A stretch of DNA of 64,000 bases from Clostridia bacterium (GTDB lineage Bacteria; Bacillota; Clostridia; Christensenellales; Borkfalkiaceae): NCBI GenBank assembly GCA_017467265.1, contig JAFTSO010000050.1, positions 11,532 through 75,531 of the forward strand, written 5' to 3'. How positions within the stretch are numbered: position 1 is the stretch's first letter; each line of letters starts with the position of its first letter. The notes under the pieces were generated by a model. It was not told where the DNA came from. It did no database searches and worked only from the letters and a program-made list of their open reading frames with translations. Both the position numbers and the translations under genes were made by a program. Shown here piece by piece: positions 51,179-59,824 of this stretch.

Positions 51179-52186
51179 ATGGACGAAAATAAGAACAGAA
51201 ACGAACAGCAAAACGTAGGCGCACAAGCCAACGCGCAGGGTGGTCAAGGCGGTCAGGGCGGTAGAAGACGTAGGCATCGCCACAGAAATCACGGCAACGG
51301 CGGTGGGAATAATCCGCAGGCGCAGGGCGCGCAAAACGTGCAGAACGGACAAAGCGGACAGAATCAGCCTAAACAAGGCAATCCACAGGCGCAAAATGCC
51401 CAAAAACAGGCGCAAAATCAGGGGCAGGGCAAGCAAAAGCACAAGAACAAGCAAGGTCAGCCCCAAAATCAAAACGTGCAAAACGGACAGAAACAAAATC
51501 AGAATACCCCGCAAAAACAAAATCAAAATCAGAGCCAAAACAAGAATAAGGGGAACGACAAAAAGGAAGAGAACCGCAAGGATACGTACGTATATACCTT
51601 GGACGGCAATCTGTATATAAACCTGACCAACAAGTGCTCGAACGGCTGCGATTTCTGCGTGCGGAACGAACGGAGCAGCTATTACGGCAATTATCTTTGG
51701 ATACGCCACGGCGATCCCACGGTGGAAAAAGTGATCGCGCAGGCGAACGGCTTTGGTGATCTCACGAGGTTTAAGGAAGTGGTATTCTGCGGCTTTGGCG
51801 AGCCGACGTATAAGGTGGCGGAAATGGTGGCGTTGTGCGATTATTTCCACGGCAAGGGGTTAAAGACGCGGCTCAACACCAACGGACAGGGGAACTTGAT
51901 CAACAAACGCGACATCGTGCCCGATCTGAAAGACAAGATTGATTTTGTGAATATTTCGCTCAACGCGTCCTGCGTGGAAAAATATCAGCCTATCTGCCGT
52001 TCGCAGTTTGGCGAGGCAGGATTCGCAGGGATTGTCGAGTTCGCGAAGATATGTAAAAAGAACGACGTAGCCTGCCGTTTTTCGATTGTCGATTGCATCG
52101 GCGAAGAGGAAGTGGAGGCGTGCAAACGCTTGGCGGAGAGTATTCGCGTGCCGCTCTACGTGCGGAAATATATCACCGATTGTTAA
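51179..52186 (+). CDS. TatD-associated radical SAM protein with a ~135-aa Gln/Asn/Gly/Lys-rich N-terminal extension
   Basis: CX3CX2C motif CSNGCDFC preceded by YVYTLDGNLYINLTNK. Positioned directly after tatD (4-nt gap). Translation of the extension is uncertain because the tract is T-poor and open in several frames. Confidence 0.7.
   Translation: MDENKNRNEQQNVGAQANAQGGQGGQGGRRRRHRHRNHGNGGGNNPQAQGAQNVQNGQSGQNQPKQGNPQAQNAQKQAQNQGQGKQKHKNKQGQPQNQNVQNGQKQNQNTPQKQNQNQSQNKNKGNDKKEENRKDTYVYTLDGNLYINLTNKCSNGCDFCVRNERSSYYGNYLWIRHGDPTVEKVIAQANGFGDLTRFKEVVFCGFGEPTYKVAEMVALCDYFHGKGLKTRLNTNGQGNLINKRDIVPDLKDKIDFVNISLNASCVEKYQPICRSQFGEAGFAGIVEFAKICKKNDVACRFSIVDCIGEEEVEACKRLAESIRVPLYVRKYITDC
51200..51580 (+). 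repeat. T-depleted CA/AG-rich low-complexity tract with an internal duplication (encodes QNVQNGQ twice)
   Basis: caaaacgtgcagaacggacaaagcggacagaatcag (~51341) is echoed by caaaacgtgcaaaacggacagaaacaaaatcag (~51473). ORFs are open in two forward frames and one reverse frame across it. Confidence 0.7.
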
Positions 52187-52252
52187 AAATGCCCCACCCA
52201 GGTATGCGTTCACGGCTTTCGTGAACGCAAAATTTTACAAAAGGAGCAAAGT

Positions 52253-53095
52253 ATGCAGGATTTGCGTTCGGTGCTGGAAAAGCACGGCTTTCATTTCAAA
52301 AAACAGTTCGGACAGAACTTTATATCGGATACGAATTTGCTGCGCTCCATCGTAGAGGCGTCGGGGATTGACAAGGACACGACGGTGGTGGAGATCGGTT
52401 GTGGAGCGGGAACGCTGACGCGCGCGCTCGCCGAGGCGGCAAAAAAAGTGTATGCTTTCGATATTGACCGCGATTTGCAGCCCGTTCTGGCGGAAACGTT
52501 GGCAGGGTTAGAGAACGTGGAAGTCATTTTCCGAGATTTTAACAAGCTGAATTTGAGAGAGTTTGAACAGGAAATCGAAGAATATATGGTGGTGGCGAAT
52601 TTGCCCTACTATATCACGACGCCGTTGGTGACGAAACTTTTAGAAGAGAGCGACAAAGTGCAAGGACTGTCGATTATGGTGCAGGAAGAAGTGGCAGACA
52701 GGTTTTGCGCCAAGGAAGATACGCCCGAATACGGCTCGATCACGGCGGCGATCGCCTTAAAAGGCAACGCAAAGGTGGTAAAACGCGTCTCGCGCAATCT
52801 TTTTTATCCCCGTCCGAACGTTGATTCGGCGGTGGTAAAAATCGAATTTGAACGGGGACGTATCGCGGTGAAGGACGAACGTGCCTACCGCCAGACGGTA
52901 AAATGCGCTTTTTTGAACCGCAGAAAAACGCTGGAAAACAATCTCGTCAATTTCTTTAAGCTCACACGTGAACAGGCAAAGGAAATTTTGATTACTGCGG
53001 GGGTAGAGGACAAGGCTCGCGGCGAAACGCTCTCGCCTGAACGGTTGGCAAAACTCTCGGACGTACTGCTTGATTACGGCGCGATAAAACTGTAA
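52253..53095 (+). CDS. rsmA: 16S rRNA (adenine1518/1519-N6)-dimethyltransferase
   Basis: FKKQFGQNFI start block, SAM motif VVEIGCGAGTLT, NLPYYITTP. Confidence 0.9.
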   Translation: MQDLRSVLEKHGFHFKKQFGQNFISDTNLLRSIVEASGIDKDTTVVEIGCGAGTLTRALAEAAKKVYAFDIDRDLQPVLAETLAGLENVEVIFRDFNKLNLREFEQEIEEYMVVANLPYYITTPLVTKLLEESDKVQGLSIMVQEEVADRFCAKEDTPEYGSITAAIALKGNAKVVKRVSRNLFYPRPNVDSAVVKIEFERGRIAVKDERAYRQTVKCAFLNRRKTLENNLVNFFKLTREQAKEILITAGVEDKARGETLSPERLAKLSDVLLDYGAIKL

Positions 53096-53133
53096 AAAAG
53101 AAAAGCTCTCGGTGAAAAACCGAGAGCTTTTTT
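53094..53133. terminator. Bidirectional rho-independent terminator
   Basis: aaaaaagaaaa-gctctcgg-tgaaaaa-ccgagagc-tttttt. Confidence 0.85.
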
Positions 53134-53146
53134 GGTAAATGTTTGT

Positions 53147-53662
53147 TTAGAAAAAAACGGTACAGCCGCACAGCACGCCGAGAACAAAGCCAGCCGCGAG
53201 ATCGGACGGATAATGCACGCCGAGCGAAAAGCGGAGATAGCCGAGTGCCAACGCACAGACGAGCAGAAAACCGCCGACGACGGGGAATACGGACAAAAAC
53301 GCCGTTGCAATCGCCGCCGCGCACGCGATATGCCTGCTTGGGAAGGAATCGCCGTCGCGATCTTGCTTGGGTACGAGCGGCGTAATACCGGCGCCGTATT
53401 TTGAATACGGACGGGGGCGGTCTGCGCCGAGCCGTATCGCGCTGACCAAAATCAGGGCGAGCGTGGGTGCGAAAAATAAGGGGATGAGATCGGGCAACGG
53501 GAGCTTTTCCGATTTGACTGCGTACAGCCACAGGGCGACGTACGCCGCCGCAAACAGCCACGTCAACGTCGTATTGCACAGCTGTAAGAATTTCAGTCGC
53601 TGAGGCGATTTTTGGTAAAGCGCCGCGTTCTTTTCATAGAGAGCTTTGTAATCGTATTTCAT
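53147..53662 (-). CDS. PAP2-family phosphatase (membrane-bound)
   Basis: Motifs RPRP, PSRH (FPSRHIACAAA) and GVHYPSDLAAG. Start placed at the ATG at 53662, 6 nt downstream of a good -10. The ORF track's TTG at 53719 has no SD and lies upstream of that promoter. Confidence 0.75.
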   Translation of the reverse strand: MKYDYKALYEKNAALYQKSPQRLKFLQLCNTTLTWLFAAAYVALWLYAVKSEKLPLPDLIPLFFAPTLALILVSAIRLGADRPRPYSKYGAGITPLVPKQDRDGDSFPSRHIACAAAIATAFLSVFPVVGGFLLVCALALGYLRFSLGVHYPSDLAAGFVLGVLCGCTVFF

Positions 53663-53668
53663 ACGTTT

Positions 53669-53697
53669 AGTATAGCACAAACGGGCGGCTTTGGCAA
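53669..53697 (-). promoter_or_regulatory. Sigma-A-type promoter 6 nt upstream of the PAP2 ATG
   Basis: Minus strand TTGCCA - 17 nt - TATACT with TGc (extended -10), then aaacgt, then ATG. Confidence 0.5.
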
Positions 53698-53804
53698 GCG
53701 GTTGTTTATCGCGCTCCAAAAAAGTTCGTGCGCAAAAAAGTTCTTCTGTAAGAAGAAAAAATGGAAAAAAGCGAAAAACTTAATAATTTTTTTGGAAAAT
53801 TTCA

Positions 53805-53832
53805 TTGAAAAAACACGAAAGTGTGATATAAT
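53805..53832 (+). promoter_or_regulatory. Candidate promoter for the BCR/HAD-like gene pair
   Basis: TTGAAA - 16 nt - TATAAT, with TGa extended -10. Confidence 0.55.
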
Positions 53833-53862
53833 TTAAGAAAAACAAGCCTTGGAAGGTAAATA

Positions 53863-56838
53863 ATGGCGTATTTGTTAGGGATTGACGTCGGTTCGACGAC
53901 CGTAAAAACGGTAGTGCTGGACGAGCGGACGGGGACAATTTTATATTCGAGCTACGAGCGGCACTTCTCTCGCGTGAAGGAGTGCGTGCTTTCCGCTCTG
54001 CAAAAGGTGGAAAAGGCGTTCGGTGACGTGACGTTCCGTGCGGCGATCACGGGCAGCGCGGGGCTGGGCTTGGCGCAAAAGAGCGGCGTGTGTTTTGTAC
54101 AAGAAGTGCAGGCGGCGTTCGGCGCGATTAAAAAATATCACGCGGATACGGACGTGGCGGTGGAGCTTGGCGGCGAAGACGCGAAAATTATCTTTTTGAC
54201 GGGCGGCGCGGAGCAACGTATGAACGGGAGCTGTGCAGGTGGCACGGGTGCGTTCATCGATCAGATGGCGACGTTGCTCGATATTAGCGTGGACGAAATG
54301 GATTCGCTCGCCCTGAAGGCAGAGAAGACGTACCCGATTGCGTCCCGTTGCGGCGTGTTTGCAAAATCGGATATTCAGCCGCTCATCAATCAAGGTGCGG
54401 AAAAAGCGGATATTTCGGCGTCCATCTTCCGTGCGGTGGTAGAGCAGACGGTTTCGGGCTTGGCACAGGGCAGAAAAATCAAAGGCAAAGTCCTGTTTTT
54501 GGGCGGCCCGTTGCATTTCTTGAAAGGTTTGCGGAAGGCGTTCCAGGACACGCTGGGGCTGGACGAAGCGCACGCGATTTTTCCCGAAAACGCGCCCGTA
54601 TTCATCGCGCTCGGCGCGGCGATTTCCGCGACTGCGGAGCAGGCGGAAAGCATAAAAACGCTCTATCAAAAGATATATAATTGCGAGGCAAAGGACGAAG
54701 TGGTGCGCGGCAAGCCGCTGTTTGAAACGCGCGAAGAATATGATGAATTTGTTTCGCGACATAAACGTAGCGATTTGGAATTCGCCGATATTCGCACCTA
54801 TCAGGGGGACGCGTATTTGGGCGTGGATAGCGGCTCTACCACGACCAAGCTGATGCTGATTAGCGAAGATTGCAAGGTGCTGTATTCGCACTATCAATCG
54901 AATAACGGACAGCCGCTCGACATTGTGGTGGCGCGGCTCAAAGAGATGTATGCGCTCTGTGGCGCAGGGGTACGTATCCGTGGCGCGGCGGTGACGGGGT
55001 ACGGCGAAGATATGATGAAGGCTGCGCTGAAAATGGATTTTGGCATCGTGGAAACGGTGGCGCATTTTAAGGCGGCTGTGCATTTTAATCCGTGGGTGGA
55101 TTTCATCATCGACATCGGCGGTCAGGATATCAAGTGTTTCAAGGTCAAAAACGGAGCGATCGATTCGATTATGCTCAACGAAGCGTGCTCGTCGGGGTGC
55201 GGTTCGTTTATCCAGACGTTCGCCAAGGCGATGGATATGGACGTAGAGAACTTTGCTCGTCTTGGTTTGTTCGCGAAAAAGCCCGTCGAGCTGGGTTCTC
55301 GCTGCACGGTGTTTATGAACAGCGCGGTGAAACAGGCGCAAAAGGAAGGCGCGAGTGTGGAAGATATCTCCGCAGGGCTTTCGTCGTCCATCGTCAAGAA
55401 CGCCGTGTATAAGGTCATCCGTGCGAAAACGCCCGAAGAACTGGGCAAGCATATCGTCGCACAAGGGGGGACGTTCTTAAACGACGCCGTTTTGCGTTCG
55501 TTTGAAATGGAAACGGGCAGAGAAGTCGTTCGTCCTGCCATCGCAGGGCTGATGGGCGCGTTCGGTGCGGCACTCTACGCCAAAGAAATGCAGACGGCAC
55601 AGACGTCTTCCTTGCTCTCTGCGGAGCAATTACAGAAGTTTTCTTACACGTCACGCGGAACGGTGTGCCGCGGCTGTACTTCGCATTGTAATATCAACAT
55701 TTTGACGTTCGAGGACGGGAGCAGGTTTATTTCGGGCAACAAATGCGAGCGCGGTGCAGGCTTAAAGCCGCAGGACGGCAAGTGGAATATCTACGAATAC
55801 AAATACGAGCGTTTGCTTTCTTCGGTGGGGGACGTGCCGTGTTCAGGTGAAGAAGACGGGCAAAAACGCGCGGTGGTAGGTTTGCCTTTTCAGCTGGTCA
55901 TGTTTGAACAGTTGCCGTTTTGGTCTGCATTTTTCCGTGAACTGGGCTTTGCTGTCAAGGTGAGCGACAAGAGTAGCCGCGATTTGTATTTCCGCGGTCA
56001 GCACACAGTAGCCAGCGATACGGTATGCTACCCTGCTAAATTGATGCACGGGCATATCGAGAGCTTGCTTGATAGCGGCGTGGATTTCATTTTCTATCCG
56101 TGCGAGAGCTATAATATCGACGAACACGCGTCGAGTAATCATTATAATTGCCCGATCGTGGCGTATTATCCCGAGCTGTTAAAGGCGAACAACGAACGGC
56201 TGACGGCGGAAAATTTCCTTTCGCCGTACATCGATCTCAACGAGCGCAAATCGTGCGTGCGGAATTTGGTAGCGGCGCTTTCCAAATACGGCGTGGGCGC
56301 AAAGGAAATTAACAGCGCGCTGGACAAGGGCTTTGCGGCGCTTTGCAGCTATCAAAAGGACGTGCGTGAAAAGGGCAGAGAGATCTTGCAAAACGCGCGT
56401 GCAGCAGGCAAAAACACCATCGTTTTGGCAGGCAGACCGTACCACGTCGATCCTGAAATCAATCACGGGATCGGGAAACTGCTGACGTCGTTGGGGTTGG
56501 CGGTTTTGTCCGAAGACAGCGTTTGTGACCAAGCACCGATCGTGGACGTGAACGTGCTCAATCAATGGACGTATCACGCGCGGCTGTACCGCGCGGCAGA
56601 GTACGTATGCGCGCAAAAGGACATGCAGCTGGTACAGTTGGTATCGTTTGGGTGCGGTATTGACACACTCACGACGGACGAAATCCGTGAAATTTTGGAA
56701 AAGAACGACAAGCTCTATACGCAGATCAAGATTGACGAAATCAACAACCTTGGCGTGGTGAAGATCCGACTGCGTAGTATGGTGGCGGCGATTGGCGAAA
56801 AGGGCGTGAAGGCAGAGAAAGGGGGCGCGAGCGTATGA
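53863..56838 (+). CDS. BCR/HAD-family activase-fusion protein (two BcrAD/BadFG-type ATPase modules, a Cys cluster and a DUF2229-like region); PlsA-like
   Basis: Two actin-fold ATPase modules, each starting LGIDVGSTTVK / LGVDSGSTTTK. Cys-rich linker CRGCTSHCNINILTF...GNKCERG. The C-terminal region is like 'CoA-substrate-specific enzyme activase' fusions. GGAAGG lies upstream. Confidence 0.8.
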   Translation: MAYLLGIDVGSTTVKTVVLDERTGTILYSSYERHFSRVKECVLSALQKVEKAFGDVTFRAAITGSAGLGLAQKSGVCFVQEVQAAFGAIKKYHADTDVAVELGGEDAKIIFLTGGAEQRMNGSCAGGTGAFIDQMATLLDISVDEMDSLALKAEKTYPIASRCGVFAKSDIQPLINQGAEKADISASIFRAVVEQTVSGLAQGRKIKGKVLFLGGPLHFLKGLRKAFQDTLGLDEAHAIFPENAPVFIALGAAISATAEQAESIKTLYQKIYNCEAKDEVVRGKPLFETREEYDEFVSRHKRSDLEFADIRTYQGDAYLGVDSGSTTTKLMLISEDCKVLYSHYQSNNGQPLDIVVARLKEMYALCGAGVRIRGAAVTGYGEDMMKAALKMDFGIVETVAHFKAAVHFNPWVDFIIDIGGQDIKCFKVKNGAIDSIMLNEACSSGCGSFIQTFAKAMDMDVENFARLGLFAKKPVELGSRCTVFMNSAVKQAQKEGASVEDISAGLSSSIVKNAVYKVIRAKTPEELGKHIVAQGGTFLNDAVLRSFEMETGREVVRPAIAGLMGAFGAALYAKEMQTAQTSSLLSAEQLQKFSYTSRGTVCRGCTSHCNINILTFEDGSRFISGNKCERGAGLKPQDGKWNIYEYKYERLLSSVGDVPCSGEEDGQKRAVVGLPFQLVMFEQLPFWSAFFRELGFAVKVSDKSSRDLYFRGQHTVASDTVCYPAKLMHGHIESLLDSGVDFIFYPCESYNIDEHASSNHYNCPIVAYYPELLKANNERLTAENFLSPYIDLNERKSCVRNLVAALSKYGVGAKEINSALDKGFAALCSYQKDVREKGREILQNARAAGKNTIVLAGRPYHVDPEINHGIGKLLTSLGLAVLSEDSVCDQAPIVDVNVLNQWTYHARLYRAAEYVCAQKDMQLVQLVSFGCGIDTLTTDEIREILEKNDKLYTQIKIDEINNLGVVKIRLRSMVAAIGEKGVKAEKGGASV

Positions 56839-58160
56839 AAGCACGGACGGAAAAGACGGGGAGAGTAAGCTATAAAGAAAGTGTGCCCACGTTCACAAAC
56901 GAGATGAAACAGGGTTATACGATCCTTGCGCCGAATATGCTCCCGTACCATTTTGATATTTTGGCGGAGATCGTAGAGAGCCGCGGCTACAAGGTTGAGA
57001 TTTTGAAGACGGAAGGCCGCTCGATCATCGACGAGGGGCTGAAACACGTGCACAACGATACGTGCTATCCTGCGCTCTGCGTCATCGGGCAGTTTATCGA
57101 CGCGCTCAAAAGCGGTAAATACGACGTAAATAAAACGGCGGTATTGATCACGCAATCGGGTGGCGGTTGTCGCGCGTCCAACTACGTGTCTTTACTCCGC
57201 AAAGCGTTAAAGGCGGAATATCCACAGGTGCCCGTGGTGTCCTTGAATTTTTCGGGGCTGGAAAAGGGGAACGGGCTGGATTTGCGGCTTAAAGATATTC
57301 TGAAAATGGGGTATGGGATTTTTTACGCGGACGCGATTATGAGTCTGTATAATCAATGCAAACCGTACGCGAAAAACCCGATAGAGGCGGACCGTGTCCG
57401 CGATGAGAGCATTTTGTTCGTAAAAACGGCGTTGCGCTCCAAGGCGTATAAGAAATACGAAATGATCGTTGCGGAGCTAATTTCGCGCTTTAAGAGCGTG
57501 GAGATAGAGCGCACGAATAAGGTAAAAGTGGGGATCGTCGGCGAGATTTACGTTAAATATTCTCCGCTTGCCAACAACGGCTTGGAGAACTTTTTATATG
57601 CGGAAGGCTGTGAACCCGTCGTGCCTGCGCTGATGGATTACGTGCTGTATTGTATCGTCAACGTCATCAACGACGCCAAGCTGTACAACAAGGGCAAAAA
57701 GATGGCGTTCGTGTATAAGCTCATCTACAAATTGCTGTTGAAGATACAGCGGAATATCATCGAGCAGTTTGAAGCGGCTGGTTTTGAGCCACCGCACGAT
57801 TTTGAATATTTGCGCGCGTGCGCGGACAAAGTTATCCACCAAGGCGTGAAGATGGGCGAGGGGTGGTTGATCCCTGCGGAAATGGTAGCGCTGTACGAGA
57901 GTGGAACGGAAAATATCGTATGCGCGCAGCCGTTCGGGTGCTTGCCAAACCATATCGTTGGTAAGGGTGCGGCACGCGCAGTAAAGACGTTGCACGAAGG
58001 CGTGAATATCGTGCCGATCGACTATGATCCGTCTGCGACCAAGGTCAACCAAGAAAACCGATTAAAGCTGATGCTGGCGACGGCGCGTGATAAGATTGCG
58101 GAGCAATCCGTGGCAGTAGTCGTTGAGGGCGAAGTGGAACAAGAAGTCGCGATCGATTAA
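56835..58160 (+). CDS. 2-hydroxyacyl-CoA-dehydratase-like (HgdB/D-component-like) protein; PlsR-like partner
   Basis: 4-nt overlap with the upstream gene. Conserved blocks HNDTCYPALCVIGQFIDAL, ITQSGGGCRASNY and CAQPFGCLPNHIVGKG are typical of this family. Confidence 0.75.
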   Translation: MKARTEKTGRVSYKESVPTFTNEMKQGYTILAPNMLPYHFDILAEIVESRGYKVEILKTEGRSIIDEGLKHVHNDTCYPALCVIGQFIDALKSGKYDVNKTAVLITQSGGGCRASNYVSLLRKALKAEYPQVPVVSLNFSGLEKGNGLDLRLKDILKMGYGIFYADAIMSLYNQCKPYAKNPIEADRVRDESILFVKTALRSKAYKKYEMIVAELISRFKSVEIERTNKVKVGIVGEIYVKYSPLANNGLENFLYAEGCEPVVPALMDYVLYCIVNVINDAKLYNKGKKMAFVYKLIYKLLLKIQRNIIEQFEAAGFEPPHDFEYLRACADKVIHQGVKMGEGWLIPAEMVALYESGTENIVCAQPFGCLPNHIVGKGAARAVKTLHEGVNIVPIDYDPSATKVNQENRLKLMLATARDKIAEQSVAVVVEGEVEQEVAID

Positions 58161-58165
58161 AAAAG

Positions 58166-58195
58166 AAAAGGGGTTGTGAAAGCAACCCCCTTTTT
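58166..58195 (+). terminator. Rho-independent terminator
   Basis: ggggttg-tgaaag-caacccc followed by ctttttg. Confidence 0.8.
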
Positions 58196-58231
58196 GCAAC
58201 CCAAAGTTGATAAAAAACAACGAATGGTATA

Positions 58232-58260
58232 TTGAATTTTAAGAGAAAAGGCGGTATAAT
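58232..58260 (+). promoter_or_regulatory. Candidate promoter for the XRE regulator
   Basis: TTGAAT - 17 nt - TATAAT. GGAGG SD lies upstream of the ATG at 58287. Confidence 0.55.
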
Positions 58261-58286
58261 AGACGTAGAACGTTGGAGGTTGAGCT

Positions 58287-58769
58287 ATGAGAACGATAGG
58301 ACAGAATATTACGTTTTACCGTAAGAAAACAGGTATTACGCAGGAAAAACTTGCCGAAATTTGCGAAATAACCCCACAAGCGGTGTCCAAGTGGGAAAAC
58401 GATTTGTCTTGTCCCGACGTGACGCTTTTGAAACGGATTGCCCGTGCGTTTGGCGTTAGTGTGGATATGTTGTTGGAAGAAGACGAAAACGCCGTCGTGG
58501 CTTTTGTCACGGAAGAGAAGGCAAAGGGAAAACTTCTTAAAATGCGCGTTGTGGATGGGGAAGATCGGGTGATGATAAATCTGCCGATTGCGCTTATGGA
58601 GATAATCCTGAAAAATAAAGAGCTAAAAAACAGTATTCATATCACGGACAAAGATTTGATGAAAAGTGTGGATTTTGAAAAAGTGATGGAGCTGGCGTCG
58701 CTGGGGATCATCGGTAAAATTTTAGAAGTGCAATCGGGGAGTTCTTTGGTGGAGATATGGGTAGAATAA
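58287..58769 (+). CDS. XRE-family (HTH_3) transcriptional regulator with a C-terminal beta-rich domain
   Basis: HTH block IGQNITFYRKKTGITQEKLAEICEITPQAVSKWENDLSCPDVTLLKRIARAFGVSVDMLL. The C-terminal LKMRVVDGEDRVMINLPIALMEIILKN pattern resembles SHOCT/LiaX-N-like domains (by eye). Confidence 0.85.
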   Translation: MRTIGQNITFYRKKTGITQEKLAEICEITPQAVSKWENDLSCPDVTLLKRIARAFGVSVDMLLEEDENAVVAFVTEEKAKGKLLKMRVVDGEDRVMINLPIALMEIILKNKELKNSIHITDKDLMKSVDFEKVMELASLGIIGKILEVQSGSSLVEIWVE

Positions 58770-59002
58770 ATATTGAAATTGCGCAATACGGAGAAGAAAA
58801 ACAGATAACAATGGGCTTGGAAGAAGGGCTGAAAATTGTCTTTGCGAAAAGCAAGTGTTGCAGTGAGGATGAAGAGAAAGAAAAGGTATTAATAGGAGAG
58901 ATTGAAAGGCGTTTGGAAGCATATATTCACAAAAACAATTCTCTGGTGTTGTTGGAAGTGAAAGAAAACGAAAAGGATATTGTGAAAATTACGATCGAAT
59001 AG
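58757..59002 (+). CDS. Small hypothetical protein (81 aa)
   Basis: 13-nt overlap with the regulator gene. A GGAG lies very close (2 nt) to the ATG, so coupling would be required. The C-terminal LLEVKENEKDIVKITIE echoes the regulator's ILEVQSGSSLVEIWVE. Confidence 0.4.
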   Translation: MGRINIEIAQYGEEKQITMGLEEGLKIVFAKSKCCSEDEEKEKVLIGEIERRLEAYIHKNNSLVLLEVKENEKDIVKITIE

Positions 59003-59042
59003 AACGAAAAAGACACGGGGATTTTCCGTGTCTTTTTCGTTC
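59002..59042. terminator. Bidirectional rho-independent terminator
   Basis: gaacgaaaaagacacgg-ggattt-tccgtgtctttttcgttc (17-bp stem including A/T runs). Confidence 0.85.
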
Positions 59043-59074
59043 ATCGCGTACCGTGTGTGCATATTTACATATAT

Positions 59075-59815
59075 TTACGGCATATCGGGCGGTTGTTTCT
59101 GTCGTTCGGGCAGGAATTTCCAGTACCGCGCAGGCATATATCCGCGCATTTGTTTTAGCCGCTCTCGGCAGGGGATATTCACTGCGCCGTAATATTGTTT
59201 CCACAGGCTTTGCCAGCCGCTTTCGTCGGCGGAGAGCAAAACGTCTGCCTGCGATAGAGGCGCAACAAATACGTTCTTCCCGTCGTACACCGCCGCTTTT
59301 TGCCGTTTTACGTCGTGCAGAACAAAAGGAAACTGCGGCAAACGCGCCCGAAAATGGGGCACGAGCAAATCGCAAATATCGTTATCGGGGGAAAAGGGGG
59401 CGTAGAGCGCGCCGCTCTCCGTTTCCAGAAAGCGGATAAAACCGTGAAACCTATGAATCTCGTAGCCAACCTTTTTGATATACTCGATCGCGGTGAACAC
59501 GTCGGGATTGGCGAGCCGCTTGGCAACGGGGCGTTTTTCCTGCGCAAGCAGGCGAAAATACCGAAAGGCGACCTGTTCTTTGTCGTTCATACCGCACCGC
59601 CACAGGCGATCGAAATCAAAATCAAAATCCCGATCGAAGGAGCGCAAACGCTCTTCCGCGCGTTTTGCACGTGGTAGGTCGGTAGGCACGTCCAGCGTAG
59701 CCATACCCAAGGGGATTTGCATTTTACCCGACGTGACAATGGCGGCAGGATCGGGAAAAGCGGTGAGCAGCGCGGATAAAAATCCGTATTTTGTTCCGTC
59801 GAAAATATAGACCAT
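59075..59815 (-). CDS. Probable DNA metabolism protein of the TIGR03915 type (DUF4130 / UDG-related), partner of the radical SAM gene
   Basis: N-terminus MVYIFDGTKYGFLSALLTAF, C-terminal WQSLWKQYYGAVNIPCRERLKQMRGYMPARYWKFLPE. AAGGGGG SD. It lies 9 nt downstream of the rSAM gene. Confidence 0.7.
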   Translation of the reverse strand: MVYIFDGTKYGFLSALLTAFPDPAAIVTSGKMQIPLGMATLDVPTDLPRAKRAEERLRSFDRDFDFDFDRLWRCGMNDKEQVAFRYFRLLAQEKRPVAKRLANPDVFTAIEYIKKVGYEIHRFHGFIRFLETESGALYAPFSPDNDICDLLVPHFRARLPQFPFVLHDVKRQKAAVYDGKNVFVAPLSQADVLLSADESGWQSLWKQYYGAVNIPCRERLKQMRGYMPARYWKFLPERQKQPPDMP

Positions 59816-59824
59816 ACCGCCCCC

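Noticed and set aside
51161-51850. Alternative-frame ORFs over the Q/N tract (51240-51620 on +, 51161-51850 on -).
   Set aside because: The tract is T-poor, so stop codons are rare in several frames. The translations are pure low complexity (Arg/Lys/Thr-rich or Leu/Ile-rich), and neither connects to a recognisable domain.
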